From assembly GCF_964355755.1 (NCBI RefSeq), contig NC_092680.1, positions 17,307,045 to 17,371,044 on the forward strand: a DNA stretch of 64,000 nucleotides, written 5' to 3'. Shown in pieces: positions 45,034-64,000 of this stretch. Below the pieces are notes generated by a model, which was given only the letters and a program-made list of their open reading frames with translations, ran no database searches and had not been told where the DNA came from. Numbering within the stretch: position 1 is the stretch's first letter; each line of letters starts with the position of its first letter. Source of the DNA: Antedon mediterranea (Eukaryota > Animalia > Echinodermata). Made by a program: the position numbers and the translations under genes.

Positions 45034-48000
45034 TCATGTGTTTGTTTTAGGGTTAAATTACACATTATGGCTGTTTTTTATTATTATTTTTTTCATAGAT
45101 TGTTATATAATATAAAACTGTGCAAACTTACACAATCATATGAATTATAGATGCACTTCATAGATTTTACTATCAAAGCATTAATATATAATAACATATC
45201 CATTTAGCACCAGGCGTTAGTTCAGGAAATACAGCATTAATGTACATTATCATAATATATGAATAATAAGCTTTATTTTTTTCTGTAAAATCATTTAAAT
45301 TTGGATTTATTTTGTAATTTTAAAACCATAAAGCCAAATTGCACTTAATATTAATAGTAGAACTCAAAAATTTAATTTAACAAAAAATTGGATTCAATCA
45401 ACATGAAATAAACACTTATTAGTATAAGTAGGAAGAGATTAATATAATATATTTAAAAAAATTATAAATAAAACATAACTTATAATTTGAATTTAAGTAA
45501 AACAAAATCTTGCATAATTTAAAAATAAGTAATATTTAAGATGGGGAAATACAGAAATATTAATATAACATCTGGTAAATATTTTCCCCAAACAATATAG
45601 GCCTAAACAAGTATTTTGATCATCAAAAGCATTGTCAGCCTACAATGGCAAGTTTCAATAACAATAATAATAGAATTCAGTGTGTGTACTGTAAATTGGA
45701 CAGTTTTCAGTTTTTGTACATTATTATTTCCGTCATTACAATACAAATACTGTTATACATTTATGCTATACTGCATACAACATTTCAAATCCATCCACTG
45801 TACAAATTTGGCACTTTAATACTTAATATGGTATTACTATCTCCATGTAATACCTAATATGGTATTACTATCTCAATGAAATACCTAATATGGTATTACA
45901 ACACCCATAAAAGTAGATATGAATTATGAAGATTGCAGAACATCAATTATTATTAAATCAAAACAGTTGTTAGATTGCCTTGCTTATACATATGTGCATA
46001 TTAGGTATCTATTGTAATATTTCTATGCGAGTAAAACAACTTTAATATGAATTATTGAGTACAGAATAAGTGTACCTTTACCGTAATAAGTATTTATTAT
46101 ATCTCCATATATAGTAAACTAAAATATGAATAATTTAGTCATCTATACGTGATAGGACAGTATAGAGATGGATCATTACACAATCATGCTCTATATGAGT
46201 GTATATTGTTAATACACCAATACAGCATTACATTGTACATTAATGTCACAAATGGTGCATGTTACAATATTGTGTGACATTATATGACATTACTACACCG
46301 ATTATAAAGTAATTTTTAACCATACTAAACACTACACATATTTTTCTATGCATACAATGTGAAAGTGCATTTTTCAGATTCCAGTGCTAGAAACATTACT
46401 GTATGTTCTGTACAACATTTAAGGAATATACATCACACATTAATACAGACAATATTGAGCCTCTGTATTTCCCATGGCGATATTTATAATGGAACTTACA
46501 TAAAAAGTGAAGCATTTGTGATTTATATTTAAAAAATTATCATAATAGAAAGGTATTTGATGAGAACATTATAAGACTAACATTAAGAGCAACATGTACA
46601 GTACATCAATACGACATTGTACTTATGGCAAGTGATGAAATATTTCAATGGCCAAGACAGTGAATTACTAAAGCAATTGCTGAATCATTTTAAACCAACG
46701 TAGTAAATTTAATTTACATCAGCAATTAAACACGTTCAGTAGATGCTCTTTTTTGAAATTGAATAATGTATTATTTTTTGACACTAAAATATTTTCACTT
46801 CATTACATGTTTTTTAGTGACGCATACAAAAACCTGTATTAAAGGTCAATATTCCTATAAACAAACAGCCAATTGGACTCCTTACAGTAATGTAGCATTT
46901 TTCAATAAAATCACCTACAGTAGTGTAGTGCCAGGCTAAATATAAAATATGTAACATTCAGTACTTTTTACTTTAATATACCGGTAACAGAAAGGCATTG
47001 CTCTCTTTATATAAAATGTCAACCTAAAATAATAAAGACTAAAAACACAGTTGAAAGACAGTTATTAAAAGTATTAATATTTATATGCAAAAACATTTCC
47101 CAAAAAACCTCATCCAAATTCATGATATAAAGCCACAATACATGATTGTAATATATATATGCAAATGAGTTATTGACATTATTCATAAAAATTGTTTGTT
47201 TTTATATATCAATCAATAAAAACATAGTGTGTGAAACTATGTCACAATTATTAACTACTAAATCTCAACCCTGTTCACACAGTGTTTACACAAAGGTTAA
47301 AGGTTATAAAAGCATATACAAGCTAGAAACTTTACTGTGTAAACTCAGTTTAAGCATAGGTTAGTAGCAAGCTGGAGTTTGTCATAGCTAAGTTATTTCA
47401 CGCCAGTGATTATGTTTTGTGGCACTTACCAATCACAAAAGTAAAAGCACTCGGATAGAACACTTATATAATCATTAGACTATACTACATATGGCTCTCC
47501 ATACTCTAATGACTAAAAGAAATGGATTTACTATTGTATACTACTATACTAATACCTGTGTAGCCTACCAATATACTATTATACCCAATTTACAATAAAA
47601 ATCATCTCATATACAATGTCCTGGACACAAACAATAGATAAAAAGAATTTCTAGGGTTTTATAATACAATGGAATACTGTAATAGAAAATGACTAGGTAC
47701 TGATAATAATTATACACACATGCTAACAATAATACATTTACGGAATTAGGATATTATATTTCCATTCATTCATTAGTAATTAATCAAAGTTTTTTAGGCC
47801 CTAAGCCAGCGCAAGATAAATTAGTCTTACTGGAAATTGACTGTGATAATTGTAAGCTGCCAATTGATAAGCTGCCTTACTTGGGATACAATTTTTTAAA
47901 AGTTGGCATATATAAAATGCTTTTCACTGGATATTAATCTGTTTAATAACAGGCCACTATTAAGCTACTATAGTACATACTACTGTAAGGCATAGAGATA

Positions 48001-48600
48001 TCCCTATAAAGGGCCTGCTACCAAGCACAATTACTGTGGATGTACAGTGTATAAAGAAAGGCTGGAATAAGTTATATTAATAGTAGGCCTTGCTAAACAA
48101 ATGCAAAAGAATGTTCAGTTCAGACTGATGTTTTTCAATAGTCATTACTACTATCACAAATATAAAATTAACCAGATTTAAAACTTTCCTTTAATTCTTT
48201 ATGAAACTCTTTTTTTTTTTAAAGACAGGATTATCAGGGTTCTGAAACAAAAAAAAAGATGTAAAATATGGTTATTACAATAGTAAACAACTATTAATAG
48301 TTAGAAATATACAATTTCAAATTTGTTTCCATAGTGATACGGGTCACAATGGATTCTTATAAACTGACCTATAAATATATAATATTTTGGTCGTCATAAA
48401 CCCCCTCACCAATTTATACGGATGGACTATTTATTACACACAAGTATGGAGTGAAGATTGAGCTTGCCTGAACACGGTCCTTATTGGCACGCAGATTGAT
48501 CTGTTTACAAAGTGGACATAGCTTGCGTGTTGCATGTTGAGAAATAGTGTAGTGTTAATGTTTAAGTGCGAAAACTCTCTATTACCTAGATTGACTGTAC

Positions 48601-51600
48601 CTAGTCTTGATGTGCTGGGCTGCTGCTATCAGGTTTTCTCTTTGTCACCAGAAGGTTGCGGACTTTGTCAAAAGCTTTCTCAATCTCTTTTTCGTGTTTA
48701 TCCAAGAGAGGAAACAAGAGTTTGTCATAAAGAATGACACCTCCATTGCTCTCAATGGGAGCCATACACCACAGCAACATGGCAGACTAAGGACAAAGCA
48801 GATTTAGTTGTGGATAATAAAGTTGAGACACACCTGGCCCAAGACAGTAATAAATGTCTACAGGGGCTGAGATTCTGTAGACCTGTCCACATGGGCTGAG
48901 ATAGACCTGTCCACATGGGCTGAGATAGACCTGTCCACATGGGCTGAGATAGACCTGTCTAAAGGGGCTGAGAGTCTGTAGACCTGTCCATATTGGCTGA
49001 GATAGACATGTTCACAGGGGCTGAGATACTGTAGATAGACCTGTCCATATGAGCTGGGATAGACCTGTCCACATGGGCTGAGATAAGACATTTTCACAGG
49101 GGCTGCGATACTATAGATAGACCTGTCCACATGGGGCTGAGATACTGTAGACCAGTGCACTGGGGTAAGCCAGGGTTCACAAGCCAAAATAAGTGCTACA
49201 GTAAATGACCTTAATCTAATACAATATCTGTATTGCAGTAATTGTTTAATTAGCGATTCATTTTCTGATAAAATACTGTAAAACCCTAACTTACTTTGGA
49301 GAAGTAGTAAAGAGGAAACCAAGCCAACAAACATTGCAGGAGATACTCAATGATTCCAAATGCACTGTTGGTTACAATAAAGAATTCAAATACGCTGTAG
49401 AGGCCGAGAACCATCCAGAAGACGAGCCACTGTGTCACTTCATTCTTTTTGAAATTTTCACCTTTAATCACCTTTAAACTGTAAATTAACAAGATTTTAA
49501 CATTCTGGTTTATTACCATCCTCCTTTATTCAGTAAAACAAACGTAAGAATTTCCAATTTTTATTGAACATACACAGAGGTGCCTCACAAATTGAAACCT
49601 TACCTTTAAGGCGCCTCAATATTTCTTTATAAACAATAAACGTTAACATTTTTTCCCCTTTTGATATTTAATACGATTAGTTATTAATTGTTTTTTTATA
49701 GAATTTTTTTAAAAACAATTTCTTTGTGACTACTGAATGCCATGTTCATTAATTCTTTTTCTATGTTGCAAACAGGTCACAGATTGTTCTATAAACAGGT
49801 TTAAACCTTCTACTTATTTCTATTACTTTATTTACAACATTGGTTTAAGATGGCCTTTTATGTAAAACAGAAGAATGTAAATAATCAGTGTTATCATAAA
49901 CTTTAGACTATGGTGGTAAGAGGTGTTACTATATTGACTTTCAACCCATAATGTACAGCTTCTGTTTGTAGCAATCAGCAAACCAGAAATGGCAATTTTA
50001 TATTAGGCATCTAGGCATGAATTATAAATAATAATTTATGATAAATATCAACAGAAATTTGTATTTTGAGGACCAAACTAATGTTCAAGAATATTGTGAA
50101 AAGAGAAGACTGTATTTGACTGCAAAATAAAATACACTTAAAAAAAAAAAAAAATGTTGGATAAATTTTATTCAAATATCTGTAAAATCCACCAAAGGTA
50201 AGAAGAGGCAGTGAATATGCAAGAACATCTAAAGCTCTGTCTACTAATCTATATCACAAAAAAGTGTGATGTTTCCAAATATGGTAGTGATATGCCCAAA
50301 TATGGTAGTGATATGCTCAAATATGGTAGTGATATGCTCAAATATGGTAGTGATATGCTCAAATATGGTAGTGATATGCTCAAATATGGTAGTGATATGC
50401 TCAAATATGGTAGTGATATGCTCAAATATGGTAGTGATATGCTCAAATATGGTAGTGATATGCCCAAATATGGTAGTGATATGCTCAAATATGGTAGTGA
50501 TATGCTCAAATATGGTAGTGATATGCTCAAATATGGTAGTGATATGCTCAAATATGGTAGTGATATGCTCAAATATGGTAGTGATATGCTCAAATATGGT
50601 AGTGATATGCTCAAATATGGTAGTGATATGCTCAAATATGGTAGTGATATGCCCAAATATGGTAGTGATATGCTCAAATATGGTAGTGATATGCTCAAAT
50701 ATGGTAGTGATATGCTCAAATATGGTAGTGATATGCCCAAATAGGGTAGTGATATGACATCAACATGTCCATATATAGGCACATCACATTTTTTGTCACA
50801 TAAGGTTTGATAGTGTAGACAGAGCTTTAGAAATAATTATTTACCTGCAATATGTTGGATATAAGAATGTTGTTAAGCACATAAGAATACCGATTGGATA
50901 GTAGATAATGACTCGTAAGACTGGGTATCCAAATAACAGGTACAACAGTAAAGATACACCAACCACTGTAGAAAACAAAATACATCTGTACTCTAATGTA
51001 ATACTATTACATGGTAATGTAGCAATGCTGGACAGAGTGTGTTTGCAATCATTGACATTTGTAAATTTTGAAAATTACAAATTCATAATTGCTACAGAGC
51101 CAAACCAAAACACTGTAAAGAAGCGCATGTCAGCAGTGGCGGAAATAATTACCATTTATTATTTATTTTTATCAACTTTACACAATGGATTTACACACAA
51201 ATTCTTCAGATTACTACATGTATATTCACACCTAGACAAGCTAATATGATGTATTTGCAACAGTTCATTTACTTCCTATGAGATTTAAACCATTGATGTA
51301 ATTGTCGATAAATAGTCTATATAGCATGTGATTTACTACTACAGTACTACTACTACAGTATGTGGTCATGCACTGATGAGCAAGATATATTATAATAGTA
51401 ATAATAGTACTGTAGTGTATTAACATTTGACATACGGTATAAATCCAAAATAACTGATCTTCTAATATAACAATAACATTAAAATGAAAACTGATTAAAT
51501 ATCCACTACTCTACAAGGCAGCATTGTGTATCAAGGACCCTGGGATTATAATGATAATTAGCACTAATATTAATAATATAATAATGATATCAAGTTTAGC

Positions 51601-54484
51601 CCAGCAGAATTATGTCATTTTTATTGGCCAATACACCAATATTTTTATTTATAAATAATTAATGATACCTTTATTAATTTATAAATAATTAATGATAATG
51701 ATATAGGCCTATATAGTAGCCAATCAAAATGAACATTTTTATTTATTAAATATATTTTCCGTATATATTTATACTGTATGTTCAAGACTTAATTGTTTGT
51801 ATGGCACAATATTAAAGTAATAATATTACTAACTTTATTATCACTTTGATGGCCAAACAGGATAGGGTTGGGTTACTCTGAGAGACACATCTGGTAGTCT
51901 AATCTTTCCTAACTTTAATAATCCCAAGTATAATATTTCCTGCTCATATTGAGCTTGATTATATCATTTTTTTATTATCAATATTGTTATTACAACGTCA
52001 ATAGTAATAAAAATAGTGTTATTATTATCATCATCAGTGTATACATATTAATAGACATGCTACTTTGACCTATAATTCCCTGTGTGCAATACCTCATGCT
52101 ATAACTTAAGAAGTCTTCAGTTGAGATTTGGCTAGCCATCTTTTTTATAGACATTGCACACAGGATAGATCATCTTTAAAAGGCTATCAGAATATGTAAT
52201 GAATATTCATGTAGAATTCTGCCAGCATAATAAATTTATTACTTTGGATACAACATTTTAATAGGGATTGTTTTCCAGCATATTAAAACTTAAATAATAT
52301 ATTGTATTGTGTTGTAGGTTTAAAAATAATATCTCCAGAAGTTTATACAAAAATGTTTAATTCTGCTGATTACTGTTTGCCAGAATATCAGAAAGCATAA
52401 ACATAAAAATAAAATACACAAAACAACAAAACAAACACATAAAATTATTTTAAAAGGTTTTGGTAATGAATGGTATTGGTTGTTAATAAAATCATGGAGG
52501 AAAAATTATTATCATTATTTTTTCCTCCATGATAAAATTGAGGGTAATTTCTAATCTTTTTTAAAAAGTTCACCCATATAAATAGCTTTAAAAAAATATT
52601 GCAAAAGTCCCGACTGGGAATTACATACACAAACCTGCAATGGTATTTAAAAAAATAATATTCATAACTATATTTACATTGATGTAACCACGAGAAATAA
52701 AAAAAGTGTTCTGTTTTTGCAAGAGAAGGGAACAATCTCTGTTCAAGCCACTGGCTTGTCAAAGGCCACTGTGAATAAATGGTCCGGTTGAAACCTACCT
52801 TACCAAGCGTACTGGTGGCTACGGCCCTGATTTAGTTCTTAATACACAACATGATGTTTTCATGAACCCTGGCCCCCGGAATGTTCGTGTTGTCAATTAT
52901 CTGTTTATATATTTTTGCAACTTGTTCATTTCCATTCCATTTACTATTTAATAGACATTATTTATTATTTGATGATGATGATTACTGCCTTTCCGCTGAA
53001 AAGTCTGCCGACATTTTCGCTTGGGCTGCTCCGTAAATCTCTTTTACCTGTTTCTTCCAGTCTGATCTTTCATTATCTACTGTAGTTCTTTAAGTTGTTT
53101 CATGTCTTTCTTGGTTTTCAATTGTCCGGGATACTTGATGTTTGTGTTTGTGCTTATATAAAGGGTGAGTAGGTTGTTGCTTATAAAGGGTAAGTAGGTC
53201 GTTACTGAGAGTTATTGGTAGGGTGGTTCTCGGTCTTCCTCGAAATTTTATATTGGTAGTGTTGCTGAAATAATAGCTTATTGCTGTGTTGGCTGGTGTA
53301 CATGGGTTTTGTTCAGTTTAACACAATATCATAGCAGAAAAAAATTTATTTTGTTCTACTATGTATGTTTACATTTACAAATTTGTCTATTTGCCATATA
53401 AATACAAGGAAAACAGCAAAATATTTGTTTCTTGTCCATTTCCTTTTAATAAAGATATGTATTTGTTATCGTATAATTATTTTTTAAAACTTCATAATGA
53501 ATCAGTAGTAATTTTGCAGGAAATGCTTCCACTCTATTCCGCAACAAAGTTTTGTCTGTTTCTAGGTGCAGGCAGAGTCATAGTTCATCGCAAATTAAAT
53601 GCTCTGCATGGAGCAATTGACTACTACTTGAATATTATATAAATTCAGGCCTACTGTAACTTCATTATTAAGATGCAGCGTAATATTAACATAATATTAA
53701 TAGATCAATATTATAGCACTGTAATTAAGACATATTTGTCATCTCACCGTAAACACCTGTATAATATTGCTGTTAATATAATTATTATCATCTCATTACC
53801 ATAATTTTGACATTTAATTATATCAATATCACAATCTGTAGTGTAAAAATAATATATACTGATACTGTATATATATTTTAAAATAAAACAATTTATAATT
53901 TCACACTACCAGATTACTTTATGTGTAAATAATACCATGTCATAATTATTAGAAGACAAATAAAGGTTTACCGCAATCATTGCACTCTCTGGATTGGATT
54001 GAATAAACAAACAATATTAACAAAATACAAGTAAAAAGACATGTTTACCAAAGTACACACACCACCACTGCGGCTGGCACATTTATTATTAGTATTACCC
54101 TTTTCACAAATCAAATCCAACGCCACATGTGACATATGGTGCAAATAATATATTATTATGGGATATATGGCAAAAATAAAGTTAGATTTCTCGATACTTT
54201 AAAGTAGATTGTTACAAACAACAAAATGATCAATATAGCGGAAAATCCAATCCTAGAAGTGTTCTCCTGCACACATTCTAGTCATGAATATGTAGGCCTA
54301 CTCAACCGTTTATTGGGCGGGTGTGTGTTGGTTCGTCACGGATACACTAACCAGGCCTGGCTGGAGAAAAATCGTCTTCATGATCGGTGTAATAACGGTT
54401 TATCAACTTACCAATAATCGATATTTTTATCATAGGTGGTTGTGCATTCACCTTGGCTTTAATATCTTCCACGATATTCGACAT
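48601..54484 (-). CDS. Divergent REEP5/6-like (DP1/Yop1/HVA22 family) protein, complete, 4 exons, 187 aa
   Basis: Exons (minus strand): 54484-54412, 50965-50845, 49478-49295, 48786-48601; 564 nt in frame from ATG to TAG. Motifs are LLLYLLFGY, FLYPTYCSLKVI, EVTQWLVFWMV, AWFPLYYFSK, LLWCMAPIESNG and KHEKEIEKA. Confidence 0.88.
48858..49152. repeat. ~24-31-bp minisatellite (GCTGAGATAGACCTGTCCACATGG)
   Basis: Tandem units in the last intron of the divergent REEP gene. Confidence 0.9.
50276..50757. repeat. 21-bp minisatellite x23 inside a MITE D copy
   Basis: (CAAATATGGTAGTGATATGC[T/C])n is bounded by MITE D TIRs at 50233 and 50826. Confidence 0.97.
52960..53307 (-). mobile_element. RTE-type LINE 3' fragment
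   Basis: The minus strand reads TPANTAISYYFSNTTNIKFRGRPRTTLPITLSNDL...GQLKTKKDMKQLKEL / RSDWKKQVKEIY (frameshifted), then a (TCA)n/(TAA)n tail. Confidence 0.7.
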
Positions 54485-55394
54485 CTTGTGTTTTTTTGGT
54501 TTTGTTTGGTTACTACTACGACACTCCCAGTTTCGATCAGGCCTGATTAATTATTCTCTCCAGAATAAAAAAAAAGAGCCCGGGGAATTTTCTCACAGAA
54601 CGTGCTATATACGCATGCACCAAGCTCACGCAGCGGCTGCTCTCTCTCAGCATCCAATCATAATAAACAAACAATCGTTTATGATAATTTATGTTGTAGA
54701 CCGACCCATTATATGAGGGCGCTACTACTAAATTTAAATACAAGTTATCTAGAAAATATATACCAGACTACAAAGTTTGACCTGTTACATTGTTATTCTT
54801 TATTTCGTTGAGAATGCTAAAGTGCTTTCTACAATTCAAATATGAAAATATTTAGAAAAATGAGTGACACGACACACACGTATACATGTATCTAAAAAGG
54901 TAGCAAAGATTATTTTAAATGTTATTATACTAAATTTACAGTCAGCACCTACTATAACCAATTCAACTGAAGTATCAAAATCTTTCAAATCGGCCTTTTC
55001 AAATATTTATTTAAACCAAAAAGGATCTTAACATCAATCACTACAAATTTTTAAATGCGTATTAGCATTTAATTAATTACACAAATGTTAGGAAAATGTA
55101 TACGAATACAGTAAATGAAATACTGTATCGTGTGATTATAATTTTAACAGTGTAACATGCATTTAGTTTAGTTTGACAAAAAATCGGTCCAAATAGACCA
55201 AGGCACATACAAGTATAACACACATTATTATTTACCAATTATTACTTCATTTCATTAGTACCTTGTTATCCCGGGATTAATTAGAACTTCTAATTTCTAT
55301 AACTTCCACCATTTTAATATTATTCAAAAGAAATCGCCCGTTAAAAGGAAAATAAAAATGAAACCCATACCCACAACCTGAAAGACATCAGTGT

Positions 55395-55720
55395 CTGTTT
55401 AGTCTGTTAATCTAGTTAACAAACTTAGTCAATTATCTTGGATTAATAAAACTTAGTTTAGTCCATTAACTTAAATTAACAAGACTTCAAAATATTTACT
55501 TTAAAATGATGGGCGGAAAAACTATCTATAACTTGGTTAAACAAGGTATTTAGTTCGTTAAGCTAGTTAAGACTAAATTTAGCAATTTAACTTATAGTTA
55601 AAGATAACTTAGCAAAACTTAATTTAGCCACTTAACTTAGTTAAACCTAATATAAGCCAGTTAACTAAATTAACAAGATTGAAATACTTAATGACGGGTG
55701 AAAAGTTTAGTTAGCTTAGT
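55395..55720. repeat. Degenerate low-complexity repeat (TTAACT/AACTTAGTT units)
   Basis: Recurrent AACTTAG/GTTAA words and a duplicated ATTAACAAGA...ATGA.GGG.G.AAA segment between the two REEP genes. Confidence 0.55.
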
Positions 55721-56846
55721 CCATATTTACTCTCGTTTTTTAATTTTGCATTAACGTCATTTAACAGTAACAACCAATTCAAAATGCCTGAGCAGAAACA
55801 AAAACAGGACCATATAGATTGTTAACCAATTTGTTGACAAAAACAAACATCTCACTAAAGAAAACAAATACACTGTTATATTGAAATGAGATATTGAAAT
55901 ATTATATTTATATTATATTGTAGTATTTCATTTGTCAAAACTCAATGATTTAGGTCAATAACCAGCACAGTATAATACTCATTTTTTCTCTAAACTATAA
56001 GTCCAAATTGAAAAATGCTTAATTACGTATAATAATAACACATTAAAGTACTAAAAACATAACTATAATAATATGTCATATTTACACAACAAATTTCACA
56101 AAAAGGTATATTGGTATCACTGTCAATCATTCTCATGTACAACTATCAAGGGTTTTATAATTTATGAATATTGGAAAATGACCAAATACGGGCATAATAA
56201 TCATCTATGGTAGATTAATAATAAATTAAAAACAAAATCCGTTGACGAATTTGTATTGATAATCTAATGCCTATATAATATTTGAATCTTACCAAAATAA
56301 ATTTAAAGAAACTGAACTGCCGATCTCTGCAACTTGAATGAATAGAGTTGTGGTTATAGGTCAAATGCCAATCCTTTACGAACATTGGCATAGAAGGTAA
56401 TTACTAAATTTGCATAAATTTTTTTTTTGTTTTTGTTTTTTTAATGAGAAAGCAAGCTACCTGAAATTGATTAAATGTGTTTGCAAGTGAAGGTAATACA
56501 CTGTTTAATTGTATTTGCATTTGGTTTGGGTAGGTTCCATTTTGAGTACAGCATTTTCAATCTACATTTATTTGAAATTCTTTCATTTTTTTGTATATTA
56601 AATTCATTGAGAACACATTGATTTGGAAGGGTTCATTTTGAGGAGATTTATGAATTAAATAAACATAAACAAAGTCTTTTACGATTAAACTCAGAGGTTT
56701 ATGACTGGGACCTCTGACTTGGCTAATCTTAATTAAAGAAAAACAAAAACTAATAATAAAGACTTCCGCCAAACATTGTGGTCTCTTTGACGGTAAATTT
56801 GGAATAATAATTCCATCAGTGAACTCAAAATTAAAGGGCGTTTTCT

Positions 56847-61320
<4,474 letters not shown>

Positions 61321-62422
61321 ATTTCTATTAATTGAATTAATGATCAATTTTGGGGTGGTTATAATAGCAAAAATGTATCACGCTTTATGATGGTCACTAA
61401 CATTTTAGAATCATAAAAATCCAACAAAATATATACTATTAAGCTCTGTTTACACTATCAAACTTTATGTGACAAAAACATGTGATGTGCCCATATATAG
61501 ACATGATGGGATATCACTAACTACAGTATATATCACTACTATATTTACTGTAGGCATATCACTACCATATTTGAGGACATCAAACTTTTTTGTCAAACTA
61601 GTTTGATAGTGTAGTGTAGAGCTTTACAGGTACTGCGTACAAAATACAGTAATATAGGCTGGTATTCATACACATTGAACATGTTGCAGTATTAACCTTA
61701 ACATAAACAATTAGCAATCAAGAGCCTTGAAACATAATACAATACTTTGAATGACAAGCCCTTCAATTCTGAAGTGTACACAGCAGTAAGTTATTGAACA
61801 AGTTAACAAATGTACTAATATTGCAGATTTATAATTACTTCACATACAGCTTACACAATTTATAGTTACTATAATATAATATTAAGTTTACTAGAGAAAT
61901 TTGAACACAAAACGTTATTCTCCAGGAAAATACGATCTTTAAGCACGTCCCAATGCTAATCAAAATTCATGAAACTGAGAAGGATAGGAAATATCAAATT
62001 AACATTTTCATCCACTGTACATGATAGTATACTAGGTTGGGTATTCTTTCCGTATTGATTGAGAATAATTATTGTTAATTGTTCTCAACTTTTAATTGGA
62101 AAAGATCGTATATTGTGTAGGTAAATTTTAACAGTTTTTTGTACTGTAGATAGAAGACATTTTTTTATACAGTACTACAAACAATGCTTTTATTAGGTAG
62201 AGTCAATTTGAAACTTTTTTAATGACTCATTAGTCATCAGTGTAACAGGATTTTTGTTAAAAGGAAACCTAAAAAATAATAGTGGAGACCTTTTCAAAAT
62301 CCCCTAGTCTAGGCCTAGAGTCGGAAAATAGCCGAGTAAAAATCTCTGCGTCTCTGTCTACTGAACAAAAACCCAGCAGTAGTTACTGAAGTACATCAAT
62401 TTAAGCAAAATAGAAGCATTTA

Positions 62423-62531
62423 GAACAAGGCCATATTATACATGGCAGCAGTCGCATGCTCAAATGCGAGTTAGTGTTTACCGACCAACCAACATAGTGA
62501 GCTGTATAGTCGCGTTACATGCGACTAAAAA
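62423..62531. mobile_element. Very short HINE-like element
   Basis: It begins AACAAGGCC, has a subterminal AGTCGC and ends in the hairpin TAGTCGCG-TTACA-TGCGACTA plus an A-run. Confidence 0.45.
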
Positions 62532-62880
62532 GTGCTTGATTTAATACACAATTAATAATACCACAGAATTTCTTGTGAAAAGAGCCAAATTCTGCAGGTA
62601 CAGTACCGCCCACTCGTGCCACACCCATACATACCACAACAATCAACATACCAGAAGATCAAACATCTATTGACCTGGCACTACACAAAAACTACTTTCA
62701 ATAGAGGATTTCCATCACGAACTAAATTAATAATTTTGATATGATGTCACAGGCATTAAATTGTTTACATTATTATTAACTTGTGTATAAACAAAGACAA
62801 CTCATCAATTTAAGTTTAATGAGTAAAGATATTCAAAGAATTTAAAATTTCAATCATCAAAGAGACAGAACTTCACTCTA

Positions 62881-63040
62881 TTTTAAAGGACATTTATTTT
62901 AAAGGACATTTATTTTAAAGGACATTTATTTTAAAGGACATTTATTTTAAAGGACATTTATTTTAAAGGACATTTATTTTAAAGGACATTTATTTTAAAG
63001 GACATTTATTTTAAAGGACATTCATTTTTAAAGGACATTC
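62881..63040. repeat. 16-bp minisatellite x10 (TTTTAAAGGACATTTA)
   Basis: Near-perfect tandem array. Confidence 0.95.
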
Positions 63041-64000
63041 AATTTTTTTGTACATTGTAAATCAACATGGTAATTTGAATTTAAAATCGTGCAAGCAAAC
63101 TAACAAACATAAGTTAATTTTGTTTGTTTGAGTAATATGACAAATGCTTGTTTATGATTTTATCATTAGGTTTTATAAAGCTTAGGGGAGTGGTAGAGAT
63201 AAGGCATAATTGCATGCATTTTTCTTGCAAGTGTGAATAAGACTTATCATTCCCATTCTTTCCCGTACCACTAACAGCATAATCAAACTACTAGTAATAC
63301 ATTAAACCCTTGTTAACAGACAGTCCCTAGGTCAAAGTTCATAACAATCAAGCATGCATCAATACAATACAAGCTGTATAATACTAATGACCTTATTAAA
63401 ATGAAGGTTTATTCATATTATATTAAAAAACATTATCTCAAGGTTTAATATAAAGTACACATAAATATGTATCTTGGCCACAGCTTTAGTTCAAAGGGAC
63501 TTCAGAACACATCATACAATGTCTAACTTAAAAATGGGGTAATGTTTGTCACATTGGTTGCTAATGATTTGACCCAAGAAGAATTAGATAACACTATAAC
63601 ATAAACCCTTTCTACTCTCTACTGTTCTCTGGTCAAAGTTCAAATAGGCAAGATTGCTATACCATATGCTAACCATGTACAGTATTATTAAAACATGTTT
63701 GCATTATATTTATAGAACCTTCAGTCTGCTTAATATTTAGTATTAATGCGTATTCCCAAAAATAATATAGATTTACGACAACATTTAAATTTGTATAGCT
63801 TTTAACTATAATCAAATTTGTAAGAATCGTTGAAATTTTCCATCCAAATTGCATTCAATCGCAATTCCATTTGATGGTGATTTGATTTTATAATGTCATT
63901 CTGATATTTGGTACAATTCTGTTTATTTTGCACAATGTTTATTGTCATGTACTATTTGACAGAGAGTAAATGGGGATACTGTAGTAAACAGTATTGCAAA

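Noticed and set aside
48752-49334. ORFs with VDRSISAH / MWTGLSQP repeats
   Set aside because: Minisatellite within the last intron of the divergent REEP gene.
50211-50782. ORFs of 163-177 aa with (KYGSDML)n, (SISLPYL)n or (NMVVICS)n repeats; superficially CRISPR-like or repeat-protein-like
   Set aside because: These are head-to-tail 21-bp units with no unique spacers and no cas genes, in a eukaryotic intron. The ORFs are a by-product of a unit length divisible by 3 inside a MITE.

Overview
AT-rich, intron-rich animal genomic DNA (invertebrate, probably deuterostome-like; the taxon cannot be fixed from sequence alone). There are no prokaryotic features such as operons or CRISPR arrays. Five host genes were reconstructed by hand from GT-AG exons with consistent phases: a 5'-partial CDC34/UBE2R ubiquitin-conjugating enzyme (+), a complete GALT (-), LRRC49 (+, probably head-to-head with GALT), and two tandem REEP5/6-like (DP1/Yop1) genes (-). 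One REEP copy is complete and divergent; the other is canonical and 5'-partial. The only long ORF (20725-23757) is an uninterrupted endonuclease/reverse-transcriptase ORF2 of a CR1/L2-group LINE nested in a TIR element. Introns are packed with MITEs, Helitron/Helentron-type non-autonomous elements, Deu-domain SINEs, LINE 3' fragments and minisatellites, often nested. I found no unambiguous new biological system. The best leads are a 5S-tRNA-Deu composite SINE, the remodelled REEP paralogue, a candidate 21-nt microexon and an alternative last exon in the canonical REEP gene, the very compact GALT/LRRC49 divergent promoter, and a MITE-born minisatellite. Family assignments rest on motif recognition and recalled knowledge; no database searches were run.
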